A stretch of 63,738 nucleotides of DNA, counting the filler, from Reclinomonas americana ATCC 50394 (taxonomy: Eukaryota): assembly GCA_048213135.1 (NCBI GenBank). It is 8 parts of 5 records of this genome, joined end to end, with 100 filler letters (N's around TTAATTAATTAA, not from the genome) between each part and the next. Parts side by side here need not be neighbours in the genome. Positions count along the whole stretch, not along the records: positions 49,243 to 56,654 come from PS015224.1; positions 56,755 to 60,703 come from PS015224.1; positions 60,804 to 62,600 come from PS015225.1; 5 more parts are not named here. One strand, written 5' to 3'. The position numbers and the translations under genes were made by a program. Below the pieces are notes generated by a model that made no database searches, was not told the DNA's origin, and saw only the letters and a list, made by a program, of their open reading frames with translations. Below are positions 51,224 to 62,700 of this stretch, one piece after another (within the stretch, counting starts at the first letter, position 1; every line of letters begins with the position of its first letter).

Positions 51224-53217
51224 AATGGAAAGAAAGCAACAAAAAAGAAGGGATTGGGGGGGAGAGGCGGCGCGGAGCGAGAGTGATCTGAATTGAGTTG
51301 AGGTCGTGTGCGCCGTTGCCGGCACACACGGCCCTCCCGGGCATTGAACTGATAGCTGTACGGATGAGTGACGCCAGTGCACGCGAACGTGCCCTGCCGC
51401 CCCCGTCGCCGACCACCATTTCAAGTTCCGCAGGAGTCGTGTCGAATCGTGAGGGAAGGAGGCCCCCACGACTCGGCCCATACCGGAGGAACGTCAACAC
51501 CTTGTTGGTTGCTGGTAGCAGTCTCGTGGTTCCCCACTTTCGTAGTGAACACGACTCCACAGACCAAGCTCACGACCCCCTCTCAGGGGAAGCGCACAAC
51601 AAAGTGCACGCGGCAACTCAGACTTTCCCACGCGCAGTCAAAGATCATCAATCGAACGTAGGCGCGTACACCCGGGCTTGCAATCCGCCCGCGCCGCCGC
51701 CACCCACACAATCCCCATGCCTCCGGCGACTNNNNNNNNNNNNNNNNNNNNNNNNNNNNNNNNNNNNNNNNNNNNNNNNNNNNNNNNNNNNNNNNNNNNN
51801 NNNNNNNNNNNNNNNNNNNNNNNNNNNNNNNNNNNNNNNNNNNNNNNNNNNNNNNNNNNNNNNNNNNNNNNNNNNNNNNNNNNNNNNNNNNNNNNNNNNN
51901 NNNNNNNNNNNNNNNNNNNNNNNNNNNNNNNNNNNNNNNNNNNNNNNNNNNNNNNNNNNNNNNNNNNNNNNNNNNNNNNNNNNNNNNNNNNNNNNNNNNN
52001 NNNNNNNNNNNNNNNNNNNNNNNNNNNNNNNNNNNNNNNNNNNNNNNNNNNNNNNNNNNNNNNNNNNNNNNNNNNNNNNNNNNNNNNNNNNNNNNNNNNN
52101 NNNNNNNNNNNNNNNNNNNNNNNNNNNNNNNNNNNNNNNNNNNNNNNNNNNNNNNNNNNNNNNNNNNNNNNNNNNNNNNNNNNNNNNNNNNNNNNNNNNN
52201 NNNNNNNNNNNNNNNNNNNNNNNNNNNNNNNNNNNNNNNNNNNNNNNNNNNNNNNNNNNNNNNNNNNNNNNNNNNNNNNNNNNNNNNNNNNNNNNNNNNN
52301 NNNNNNNNNNNNNNNNNNNNNNNNNNNNNNNNNNNNNNNNNNNNNNNNNNNNNNNNNNNNNNNNNNNNNNNNNNNNNNNNNNNNNNNNNNNNNNNNNNNN
52401 NNNNNNNNNNNNNNNNNNNNNNNNNNNNNNNNNNNNNNNNNNNNNNNNNNNNNNNNNNNNNNNNNNNNNNNNNNNNNNNNNNNNNNNNNNNNNNNNNACG
52501 ACGCCGCACACGCCTTGTACGCACAGCGCGGCCATGTGGAATTTGCATTGTGGGTGTGTGTGCACCCACAATTGTCGCGCGGCAGGCTCCAACTGGCCGC
52601 ACAAGAGGGCGTGGCGAGGCACATGCAACGGCGGTGTGTGGGGTTGCGTGACATTGTGCCGAGTGTGCGAGGGTGCGTGTGTGGGAGAGGGGTCCAGAAC
52701 CCCTTTCGGAGACCACGTTCGCTTCTTACTCTTCTCCGGGCAAAGTCCTTGGGTGACGACATGTATTCAGAAAGTGAGACTCCTGTACGGGAGTTCATTG
52801 GACTGGTGCGTTGTGCGGGCGCCACTGGTTGTGCGGATGGTGTGCACACGTGCGTTGCTTGCGGTTCCTCGGCTCGATGTTCTGCGCTGGCTGTTTGTGG
52901 CGGCTGCCTTGCAAGAGAAGCAAGTTTCCCGACTTGTGGATGCGGGTGGTGTCTGCGCAGATGGTTGCGTGGCGTGTCGAGTCGCATGGGGGACCGTAGG
53001 TGTGTGTGTGCATGCGTACCGTGTGGCTGGTGGTGTCTGTGCGCTGGGCCCTTTCACCGCATGCGTACGGGGTGTCACAACCTCGCCCAACACGAGTTAT
53101 GGGGTTCACACACGCGGTTTCGCCGCCGCGCGTGTCAACACAACAGGGCTTGCCGCGACACCTCTCCCTCCCTCTCTCGCCACAAAACACTTCACCACCA
53201 ACCCCCACTTTTTTTCT

Positions 53218-54169
53218 TCACTCATTCATCAACCACCACCCTCTTCTTCTTCTTCTTCTCTGCTGCTGGTCGACGAGCGACGGCGTCGCCGATGGACAGC
53301 CAGAGTTGCCGTTCGCCACAAAGAGGGCGTCGACGGCGGCTTGCATCTTTTGCTGTGCGGCATCGTCGCCCGCCGGCAGCTGCAACCACTCGACACCCAC
53401 TCGCACACTCCACGTGCACGCCAGCTGCACGTGCGCCAGCGCCTGCGCCCACTGCCGTGCCCGACACGTATCCCAGTGCACCATCAGCTCCTCGTACACG
53501 GCATCCACGAGCTCGGCCACCACCAGCGCCACCTCCTCCTTCAGCTCCCGATCAAACGCACTCGCCGCCTCCTGCACCTGCGTGCCATTGATCGACCCGT
53601 GCGAGTACGCCTCGACCGCACGCGCCACAAACGCCAGCGTCGCCGCATCAAAGTGCTGCACGGCGCCAAACGGGTGCCCCAACACCGCCGCCACCCCACG
53701 CCGATAGTAGTACGAATCCGCCGCAAACTCATCCTCGTGATCAGCCGTGACATTCAGGTAGCCATTGGCGGGATGATGGCCGACCAGGTCGGCCACCAGA
53801 TGCGACCCATAGCCGAGGGCAAACGCACGCTCGGCGTCCGTGCTCGCCACCGACAAGGCCGTCTCCGCAAACGCAAACGAGTGCAGCTCCTGCGTGATTC
53901 GCTTCAGTGCGTCCGGCGACGACGCGCCCAGCACAAACGACGCCACATTCTGCGCCGGCAGCACCGCCTGCGCCGCAACGAACTGGCCAAACTGTGTGCG
54001 TCACAAGAGAGAGTGAGAGTGAGAAAGTGTGTGAGTGCCGTGTGCGGGAATCGCCCATTCTCACCGCTTGATGCGTCAATGGTCCCCACGCGAGCACCGC
54101 CACTCCGCCGCCACTCGCAACAATGGCCAACGCCAACAAAAACGCGGTTGCAACCACACGCGACAACAT
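53218..54169 (-). CDS. Secreted zinc-dependent phospholipase C/S1-P1-fold protein (Zn_dep_PLPC-like)
   Basis: Signal peptide followed by WGPLTH, GASSPDA, LHS, FALGYGSHLVADLVGH and HEDE metal-ligand pattern. Confidence 0.75.
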
Positions 54170-54300
54170 TCGTCAAAAAAGGCGAAGAACACCACAAACC
54201 GGACAAACATTGATTATCATCAGCTCTCTTTTATCTCACTCTCGTTTGTTTTTCGCCCATCGCGTCTGAGCGCACGCACGCACGTATCCATCCATCCGTC

Positions 54301-57300
54301 ATGGGCAACACGGCCACGAGTCAGGCCGTCATTGAGCGCTTCCACCGGCGCCAGCAGGAGCAGCACGCGGCCGCAGCGGCGGCTGCGACTGCCGCCGCCG
54401 TCTCCTCCCCGCCCGCCTCCTCTCACATGGACGTGCAGCTGCAACACATGCGCGAGGACTCGCCACCATCATCCTCGGCCACGCACTCGTCAGTGTTAGA
54501 ACGAGGCCACTCGGATGGACGCATGACAGGCTCCAAGGTACGCAAGAGAGAGAGATGTGTGCTGAGAGAGAGCCGCTGAACATGCATTTCATGCGCGCAG
54601 GGCTCGCTGGCGTCTGCGGTCGGCGGCAGTGGTGCCGGCAGTGGGTTAGGTAGCCTGCGAGGTGTGGATAGGCGTGGATCGCCGACTGGGATGCCGAGCA
54701 GCGCAGGCGGAGCGGGCAACGGATCGAATGCGTCGTCCGCGTTTGGTGGTGGCGGTGGCAGTGGCGCACGGCGGCAGTCGTCCATGGACGTGATTCCCAT
54801 GATCCTCGGTGCCGCACGCCGTGTCAATGCGCATCATCGACAGGTGCGTGACGTCTTTGTGTGTGCGCTGCCGCCGCAAATACACTCATATCATTGCGTG
54901 TTGTAGGTGTCCGCTGGCGTCAACACGTCGGCAATCACGGTGGCCACCAGCAGTGCCGCGTCGTCGATGAACAAGCCGGTGTTGAATGCGGAGCCGGTGT
55001 CGTTTGACGAGGCGGTGCGCATGCTGCACGAGGACGATGATGCGATGTTTGAAGATGATATGGATCCCGTGGAGACGGCGTCGGCGGCGCGTGGCGGACA
55101 GTACCTGCGGCCGTCGGCGGCGGCGGCGGCGCGTGCGAGTCGCGCGTGGCGTCGGGCGAGCGTCACGTTTGAGTTGTGTAATCGGTGCGGGAATGGGCGT
55201 GTGTGGGGTGTGTTGGTCTGACGAGTGGTGTCGCACAGCCTGGAGGATCTGTCGACTGTGGTGAGCGAGGAGATGGAGACGGACGACGGAACACGGTGAG
55301 TGGTGGTGGTGGTGGTGGCGGTGCTTTTCAGTCTGCAGCTCATGTGTGTGCGTCGCGTGCAGAACACCGGGTTCACCGCGCGAGAATCGCGGCATGCTGC
55401 GTCTCGAGGACTTGCGGGTGAAGCTGCCGCCGATTGTGCACGAGCCGGTGCAACCGCGGCCGGTGGTGGTGGCTCCTGTGGACCCAGTTGCGTCGTGCGA
55501 ACCGGGTAGCACCCAGGAGCGAGCGAGCTCACTTTCTTGCGCAGGTGGTCACTGAGGAGATGAAGCAGAACAAGCTGGCGCTGCTGAAGAAGAAGCGCGA
55601 CGCGCTCAAGTTTCGTCTCACTTCCCCCCTCGCCTAGTCCATCTCACTCACTCACACTCGCGCGCGCCACAGGGTCAAGGAGAACAAGGCGGACCCTTCG
55701 GAATCGGCACCCACTGCGACCAGCGCCGCCGCATCGTTCCGTCTCTTTCCCCTCCTCTGTCGCTCGTTACGATCGATTGCTTCTCACTGTTTTTTGGTGT
55801 CGCGCGCAGATCCGCTCCGGGTGAGCTGTCGTTGGCACTGCCAGGCGCAGACGCCAGGTTCGCCGCGTGTATCCTCATAATCTCTCTTCATTTCTCCACT
55901 CTCACACGCTGCGTGTTCGTGCAGAGCCAGTCTGGCCGAGGCGTTTGGCGGTCCTTCCAAGCGCATCAGTTCGCCCATTGCCATGGCCCAGAACATTGTG
56001 CAGCGGCGACAATATGCCGACTCTGACGGCGCGCAGCTTGCCCAGCCATTCTTCCTCTCGGTGCGTGTGTGGTGTTTTCCGCTGTCATGTTTTTTTATTG
56101 CGCGGTAGCTCACCTTTTCTTTCATGTGCACAGCCGCCAAAGCCCGAGGAGGAGGTTGAATACGACAGCGAAGACTACGACCCCGAGGATCAGGTTGGTG
56201 TTGTGTCGGAATTATGTGTGGTTGCGATGATGCTAACGCGCGCCGCGCGCAGACGGGTCGTGAGGAGGACGGTTCCTCCGAGTACGAGATTGTGTACGAG
56301 GAGTACGAGGAGGAAGTGGAAGTCAGCGATGACGGCAGTCTGCGAGCGTCGCCAGCGCGCGATCGTGCATCCCCGCGCTCTCGTGTGCAGCAACAAGTGC
56401 AAGACGAACGTCGTGTGGAGGTGGTGCAAAAGAGTGCACCAGTCTCCGCCGCTGCGCCTGCAGCTGCTGCCGCCATCGCGGTGGAACACACAGACTCTGT
56501 CGAAAACTTCTCGCCCGTGTCATCGGCCGCCGTTCCAAGCTCGCCGGCGTTGTTCATTGACGTGAACGATTCGCCTCCGCGGTCACCTCCACGGCCGCCA
56601 GTGGACAGGCCGCAGGAGGAGTTGCCGCCGTTGCCAGCGTTGACGAGCACGCCGNNNNNNNNNNNNNNNNNNNNNNNNNNNNNNNNNNNNNNNNNNNNTT
56701 AATTAATTAANNNNNNNNNNNNNNNNNNNNNNNNNNNNNNNNNNNNNNNNNNNNCTGGCACCGAGCAGTACTTGGAGCCGCGGCGGCTGCACGGCCGTCA
56801 ACCGAGTTCCGATGTCACGTTTGAGGACCTGCCGGCGCCTCGCATTCCGACCTCGGATAACCGGCCGACGTCGTTGTCGGGCGAAACCTCACACACTGTG
56901 TCGCCGACGATTGAGGTGTGTTTTTCAATCGCTATGATTGTGTTGTTGACTTTGTATGTGTGTCTGTGCCCTCAAAACCTTCCTCGGTGCAGACTCGACG
57001 CCGTGCGGCCTCGGTCGAGATCTCCGACCTGGTACCGGAGGCCTTGCCGACATACATGCCGGACCGCACACCACCGCGCGTGCCGCCCGTGTTCTCGTCA
57101 CCGTCGCCCACCATTAGCATCTTTATCAGCAATCAAGCCAATTCTGTCACTCAAATCTCACCACCGTCGCCACGCGCCGATTCGTCGTCGTCGGAGAGTG
57201 GCGACTCGGCGGGCTCGGAGCGTCTCGCTGCCATTCCCATTGTGGACGTTGCGTGCACTCCACAACCCCCTTCACGCACTGGCTGTTTTTTTCGCCGATG

Positions 57301-58151
57301 CTGATTCTTGCTTTCCTCCACAGACGGTGCACAAGGAGCACGTCTCGTGGGCGACAGTCGCTCTCTCCGACGTCCGCCTCCCGCCCACACTCGTGCAGCA
57401 GCGGAAACCCTGCTTTGACGAACCGGCCGTCATTACGCCGGCGCGGGAGAGTGCCGCCTATGTTGGTGTCGGCCGCGTGTCGCCAAGACGATCGACTCGT
57501 GCCACTCCACTGATGCGCGACCGCTCCAAGAGCCCGCTCGGTCGCGGCGTCAGCCCACCGTCATCGAGCCGCGGTCGCGGATCGCGCAGTCCACGACCGG
57601 CACAGCGCGACATTAGCCCCCCGCTCGCATCGCCGTTCACCTCCACGGCACCCGTGGCCATGCACCCAACTCCAACGTCGGCCATTCGACCAGTGCGGCT
57701 GTCGTTTGGCGACGTGGCCGGTCGTCACCCACGCCACCGACACGTGGACGCTGGACGACCTCCAGAGCGACGCGGTGTCTTGCATGTGACCGCTCGCAGT
57801 GCGGCCGCCACACCAACGCCAACACCATCATCTTTATCTTCGTCTTCGTCGCATCTCGCTCCGATTGCCCACGCTCCACCACAGCCGCCGCGTCGTGACA
57901 GAGGGCAGTCGCTGTCGGCGCGCGCCACCCCAGTGGCCCCGTCGCAGGGCACAGTGCAGCAGCAGCGTCCGGCGGCCGCGTCGCCCGAGAGAGCAGCTGT
58001 GGACGCCGCCAAGCGCCGACACGCAGCGTCGTCAACAGCACCAGCAGCAGCAGCAGTCGCTCCGGCAGCAGCGAGTCGGGGCAGTGCGAAGAGCAATCGG
58101 CCGTCGCCATTTGTTGCCAATTATCGGCCACCAGAGACCGTCAGCCAATGA
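54301..58151 (+). CDS. Large low-complexity Ser/Pro/Arg-rich protein with possible N-myristoylation start (MGNTATS); spans a gap
   Basis: In-frame exon chain with GT-AG introns. No family recognised. Confidence 0.55.
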
Positions 58152-58285
58152 CGTGTCGCTCTTTGTGTTTCTTGTTTCTCAAATTAAAAAAAGCCAACTG
58201 TAAAGACTCCTTCTACGTGTGTGTGTTGTAGTTGTAGTAATATACTTGTCAAATGAGCATAAAAGAGACGGATTCAAGAAAATCG

Positions 58286-60703
58286 TCAACGCAGACCGCC
58301 GTCGGCAAAATGGCATGCGTGATATAAGGTGTGCATCATGTTCACGCTCCCTCTCGGCAGCGCTGGAGTCTCATTTTGACTTTTCGTGCGTTGGAGAATC
58401 TGAGGACAAACGAGTGAGCAAGAGAGGGGCAGAGGGTGGGGCACGGGCACGGCAGGAGACGCACGAGCATCGTCGTCGTTGTGGAGAGAGCGGATGTCGT
58501 GGAGTTCGACTTGCGAGCGACGGAGTGCTACATCGGTGGGGATGGTCGATGACAGCGGCTTGACCTTGATCAAACGCGCCAGGAAACCTGTGACAATTGC
58601 CCGTGAGTACACACACACGACAACTACACACACACTTTCGCACACAGACAACCACGCACCAACTGGAATGCTGAGAGCGGCAATGAAAATTGCGACAATC
58701 CATTGCGTAAACGTGAGCGGTACGGTGGAGGTGGCGTGCTCCGAGCCGAACTGCACAATGAGGAACTGGGCGACCAGAGTGAAGCCCATCACAGCCATAA
58801 ACATGGCGCTCTTGGTGATGTTCTCGAACACGTTCATCTCTGCAGCAGCGACAGCCCGTGTCAGACACGAGCAAACACACACCAAGACGAAAAGTAGACT
58901 CGAGCACGCACCGTCGTTGACCTTGCGTGCGTTGATCTCATTGACCAACTGCAACAACACAAACGTGTTGAAGATGATGGTGTTGAGGATCTTGGCATCG
59001 AGATTGATCTCGCCATTGACGAGTCCGGGGCTGAGACCGAAAATACGGGCACCGCCGTACTCCAGCACAAAGAGCACAATCAGCTGGAACACCGAGTGCA
59101 CGGCAATGTTGCGGTACATGATGGAGGTGATGAGGGCGTCGAAACGGCCGTACGGCTTGCGCTTCAGCAACGATGGGTTCGGGGGTTCCGTGGCCAGAGC
59201 CAGCGCAGCGAACGTGTCCATGATGAGGTTGACCCACAGCAGCCTGCATCGCCAATCGACTGTGAGGACGAGTACCCGAGTTAAGTGGCGAGCAATTAAA
59301 AACGCAACTGAATGGCGGTCAGCGGCAGCGACTCGCGTTGGGCCAGAGCAGAAATCAGCGTCACCACCAGCGCCACCACGTTGACGGTGAGCTGGAACTG
59401 CAGGAACTTGCGAATGTTCTCGTACACCGAGCGGCCCCACAGGACGGCGTTCACAATGGACTTGAAGTTGTCATCCAGAATAACAATGTCAGACGCCTCC
59501 TTCGCCACCTCGGTGCCAGACAGACCCATTGAGAGACCCACATCGGCGGCCTTCAGGGCCGGCGCGTCGTTTGTCCCGTCACCCGTCACCGCAACGACCT
59601 ACAGGTGATCAATCAAATACAAATGAGCACAGACAGGAGAGTACAGACAAAGCAACGCGCACGGTTCAACGCACCTCGCCGAGGTCGTGGAGGCGGTTCA
59701 CGAGCTTCAACTTGTCGACCGGAGTGGAGCGCGCCAACACGGTCAGGCGAGCCAGGGCACGATCGAGTGCCTCGCCCTCGAGGTCGCGGAATTGCTGACC
59801 CTCCATGGCCTCATCATTCGGTCCAAGAATGCCGCACTCGGTGGCGATGGCGCGCGCAGTCTCAATGTCTGTCACGAGCACAGACATCAGCACCATCATA
59901 CCCACCCGGCGAGGAAAATCTACCACATGCGCACGCAACTGTCACCAGTAACCATGCGCACAGTAATGCCGGCCTCCTTGCAGCGGCGAATAGCATCGGT
60001 GACCTCCTTGCGCAGCGGATCCTGAATGCCCACAATCGCAATGAGCGTCATGTCGTCCTCCGGGGCCTGCTCCAAGTCCGAGTACTCGGGGAGCAGTGTC
60101 GGAATGTCGCGGTACGCAATGGACATGGTGCGGAACGCTGTTCGATCACACGCAATGAATGAGCATTTCGACCNNNNNNNNNNNNNNNNNNNNNNNNNNN
60201 NNNNNNNNNNNNNNNNNNNNNNNNNNNNNNNNNNNNNNNNNNNNNNNNNNNNNNNNNNNNNNNNNNNNNNNNNNNNNNNNNNNNNNNNNNNNNNNNNNNN
60301 NNNNNNNNNNNNNNNNNNNNNNNNNNNNNNNNNNNNNGCAACGCACTCTCACGACCCACCACCAAGTCACAAACGCAACAAGCATGAGCCATGGCCGAGA
60401 TCACGGTCTCCTCGAGGTAGTGGCGAGTGCGATCGTCGAGGTTGGCAACTTGACCATTCGGCATCAGGAACTTGGAGCAGCGGGCGAGGATGATCTCCGA
60501 GGCACCCTTCGAGTAGAGGCGGTATCCACCAGTTTCCAACTGCACCAGTGTGCTCATGCGCTTGCGGTCGGACGAGAACGAGTACACTTGCGGCACAGCG
60601 TTGCGGAGGTTGTATGCGCGACGGCAGGCGGCGTAGTCGTAATCCAGCTCTTGCGACAGCAGCAGCAGGGCACACTCGGTCTTGTTGCCTTGGTACTCCT
60701 GCG
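58286..60703 (-). CDS. Plasma-membrane-type Ca2+ P-type ATPase (P2B), 3' part
   Basis: [83 protein letters not shown]. Confidence 0.93.
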
Positions 60704-60803
60704 NNNNNNNNNNNNNNNNNNNNNNNNNNNNNNNNNNNNNNNNNNNNTTAATTAATTAANNNNNNNNNNNNNNNNNNNNNNNNNNNNNNNNNNNNNNNNN
60801 NNN

Positions 60804-61314
60804 GGACCGCGGAGAATAAGGACTGGGAGAACAGCGAAGATCCAGGGATACAGACACGCACGCACGCACCCGACATCAGACGGCCGACTTGCTGACTGGC
60901 ATTGGCCAGTCGCGGGACCACGCGCACCGACAGCGGCTGCATGATGCGACTGTGTGTCAGTCTCGATCCGGCCACCGATGACGGCGACGATCCACCAGCA
61001 GCAGCGGATCTTGACGACATGGAAGAAGGTGTCCCCGGTGAGGTGGGTGACGTAGGCGACGAAGGCAACTGCACGCTTGCGGGCGACGCAGGGCTCGGAG
61101 CCACGCCCGGCATCATGTACCCGGCGGCAGCAGAGTATACGGGCGTGGTAATCGGCGGAGCATATCCCGGATAGTGCGACTGTGGGGGATACGGATACCC
61201 CGCTGGAGCACCGTAGCCGGCAGGTGAGCCGGGCTGCGGCGCGGGTGCGAACTGTGCGTGCCCGAATCCATACGGCATTGTGGGATACGCCGCCGCAGCT
61301 GCGGAGGAATACAT
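60804..61314 (-). CDS. Pro/Tyr/Ala-rich N-terminal fragment of an unknown protein
   Basis: MYSSAAAAAYPTMPYG... open frame, then an intron-like tract into the gap. Confidence 0.5.
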
Positions 61315-61709
61315 GATGGTCAATCACTCACTGATGAACACAAACACACACACGCACACTCACCTCCGTAGCCTGGCATTCCCGCACTGTACATGGCCTG
61401 TGAGGCTTGCATGTGCTGCTGCATCTGCGCTGCTTGACGCGCGACGTCTTCCGCCGGGTTCTAATGATCAGAGACACTGTGAGTGCATGGGCGACGCGCA
61501 GTGCAAGCACAAAGAGCACGCGCACTCTTCCACCAGGCCACATGTTTGACAGAGTGAGCGCGCGTGAGAAACTTGTTGGGGATACGATGACCGCGGACAC
61601 GCAGCGGGACGCAATGGCGTGCGTGATCATTCATCGTGTTCTCTCACTTCCCTCTTCAAGCACGATTGCGGTTTCGTTGCAAACAGTTCTCACATGTATG
61701 TTTATAGCA

Positions 61710-62600
61710 CTAGACTCTTCTCCTATTGGCACCCAGGGCGCCGTACGCGCCGCCACCGTTTCTTGGCCCTTGATTTTCCTCGAGCCGCCCGTATCGCAGC
61801 CACGTCTCCTCGGTCATGCCGACACCCGGGCGTACGCGATCGAGACGCGGATCGCGATTGAGATAGCAGCAGTGCGCGAGCGTGGAGAGGATCGCTACCA
61901 GAGCGTTGAGGTAGAACCAGGTGACCCACACGTAGCCGGGCACGTAGAACGAATAGTTGACGTCGTAGGCCACCCATGTGCCGATGAACACCATGGCGAC
62001 AACGTCGCACGCGATGCACATGGCCACCAGGATCATGTTGACGACCAGGCGACCCCACGTCCGCCAGCACGCCATGCTCAGCAGCACCAGCAGCGGTACG
62101 CTGACCGCCTCGATGGAGAGTGCCAGCCACACGGTGCCGTTGAACGGATTGCCGTAGCCGTAGTACCAGATGTAGCAGGTGGCCGCCGACAGCGTCAGCA
62201 CCACCAACCAGTACAGGATCACGGCCCACCACCAGCGAATGTTGCAGCAGCCGGCTCGCGCACAGCATGCACATTTGCGTGGCCTGACGGCGTGTGCCGG
62301 CACACGAACCGGTCTTCGTCGCGCTGCGGCGGCGGCGGCGCCGGCTGGCTGAGGCATAATCATCGGTGCTGCTGCTGCCGCTCCCGCTGGTGGCGGCAAC
62401 AGCTGGACTCGGTCGGCCTGCAGACTGCCGCGACGTCCACCGGCCTCGTCGTATTCCGACCCTCGGACAAACATCAAGTTCTGCTGCAGCACTTGCTGCT
62501 GTTGGCGTTGTTGCTGCTCGAGAACTCGCCGGCGCACAGCCTCCTCCATCAGGCTCTGGTACCAGTCCATCGCCGGCGAAGCTTCCGCTCGTCCTCCTCC
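61710..62600 (-). CDS. Multi-pass membrane protein (about 4 TM), possibly 5'-truncated
   Basis: ORF 61710-62570 with four hydrophobic stretches (WWWAVILYWLVV, VWLALSIEAV, LVVNMILVAMC, VWVTWFYLNALVAIL). Confidence 0.65.
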   Translation of the reverse strand, partial: GGGRAEASPAMDWYQSLMEEAVRRRVLEQQQRQQQQVLQQNLMFVRGSEYDEAGGRRGSLQADRVQLLPPPAGAAAAAPMIMPQPAGAAAAAARRRPVRVPAHAVRPRKCACCARAGCCNIRWWWAVILYWLVVLTLSAATCYIWYYGYGNPFNGTVWLALSIEAVSVPLLVLLSMACWRTWGRLVVNMILVAMCIACDVVAMVFIGTWVAYDVNYSFYVPGYVWVTWFYLNALVAILSTLAHCCYLNRDPRLDRVRPGVGMTEETWLRYGRLEENQGPRNGGGAYGALGANRRRV

Positions 62601-62700
62601 NNNNNNNNNNNNNNNNNNNNNNNNNNNNNNNNNNNNNNNNNNNNTTAATTAATTAANNNNNNNNNNNNNNNNNNNNNNNNNNNNNNNNNNNNNNNNNNNN

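Noticed and set aside
51298-54213. 971-aa ORF and other X-filled ORFs
   Set aside because: Artefacts of N runs and antisense frames of GC-rich genes.
59308-59939. Reading shifted donors as non-canonical TT-starting introns (G|TTGCGT)
   Set aside because: It would turn conserved PMCA GDN into GDS and lose terminal AG acceptors; GT-AG boundaries fit.
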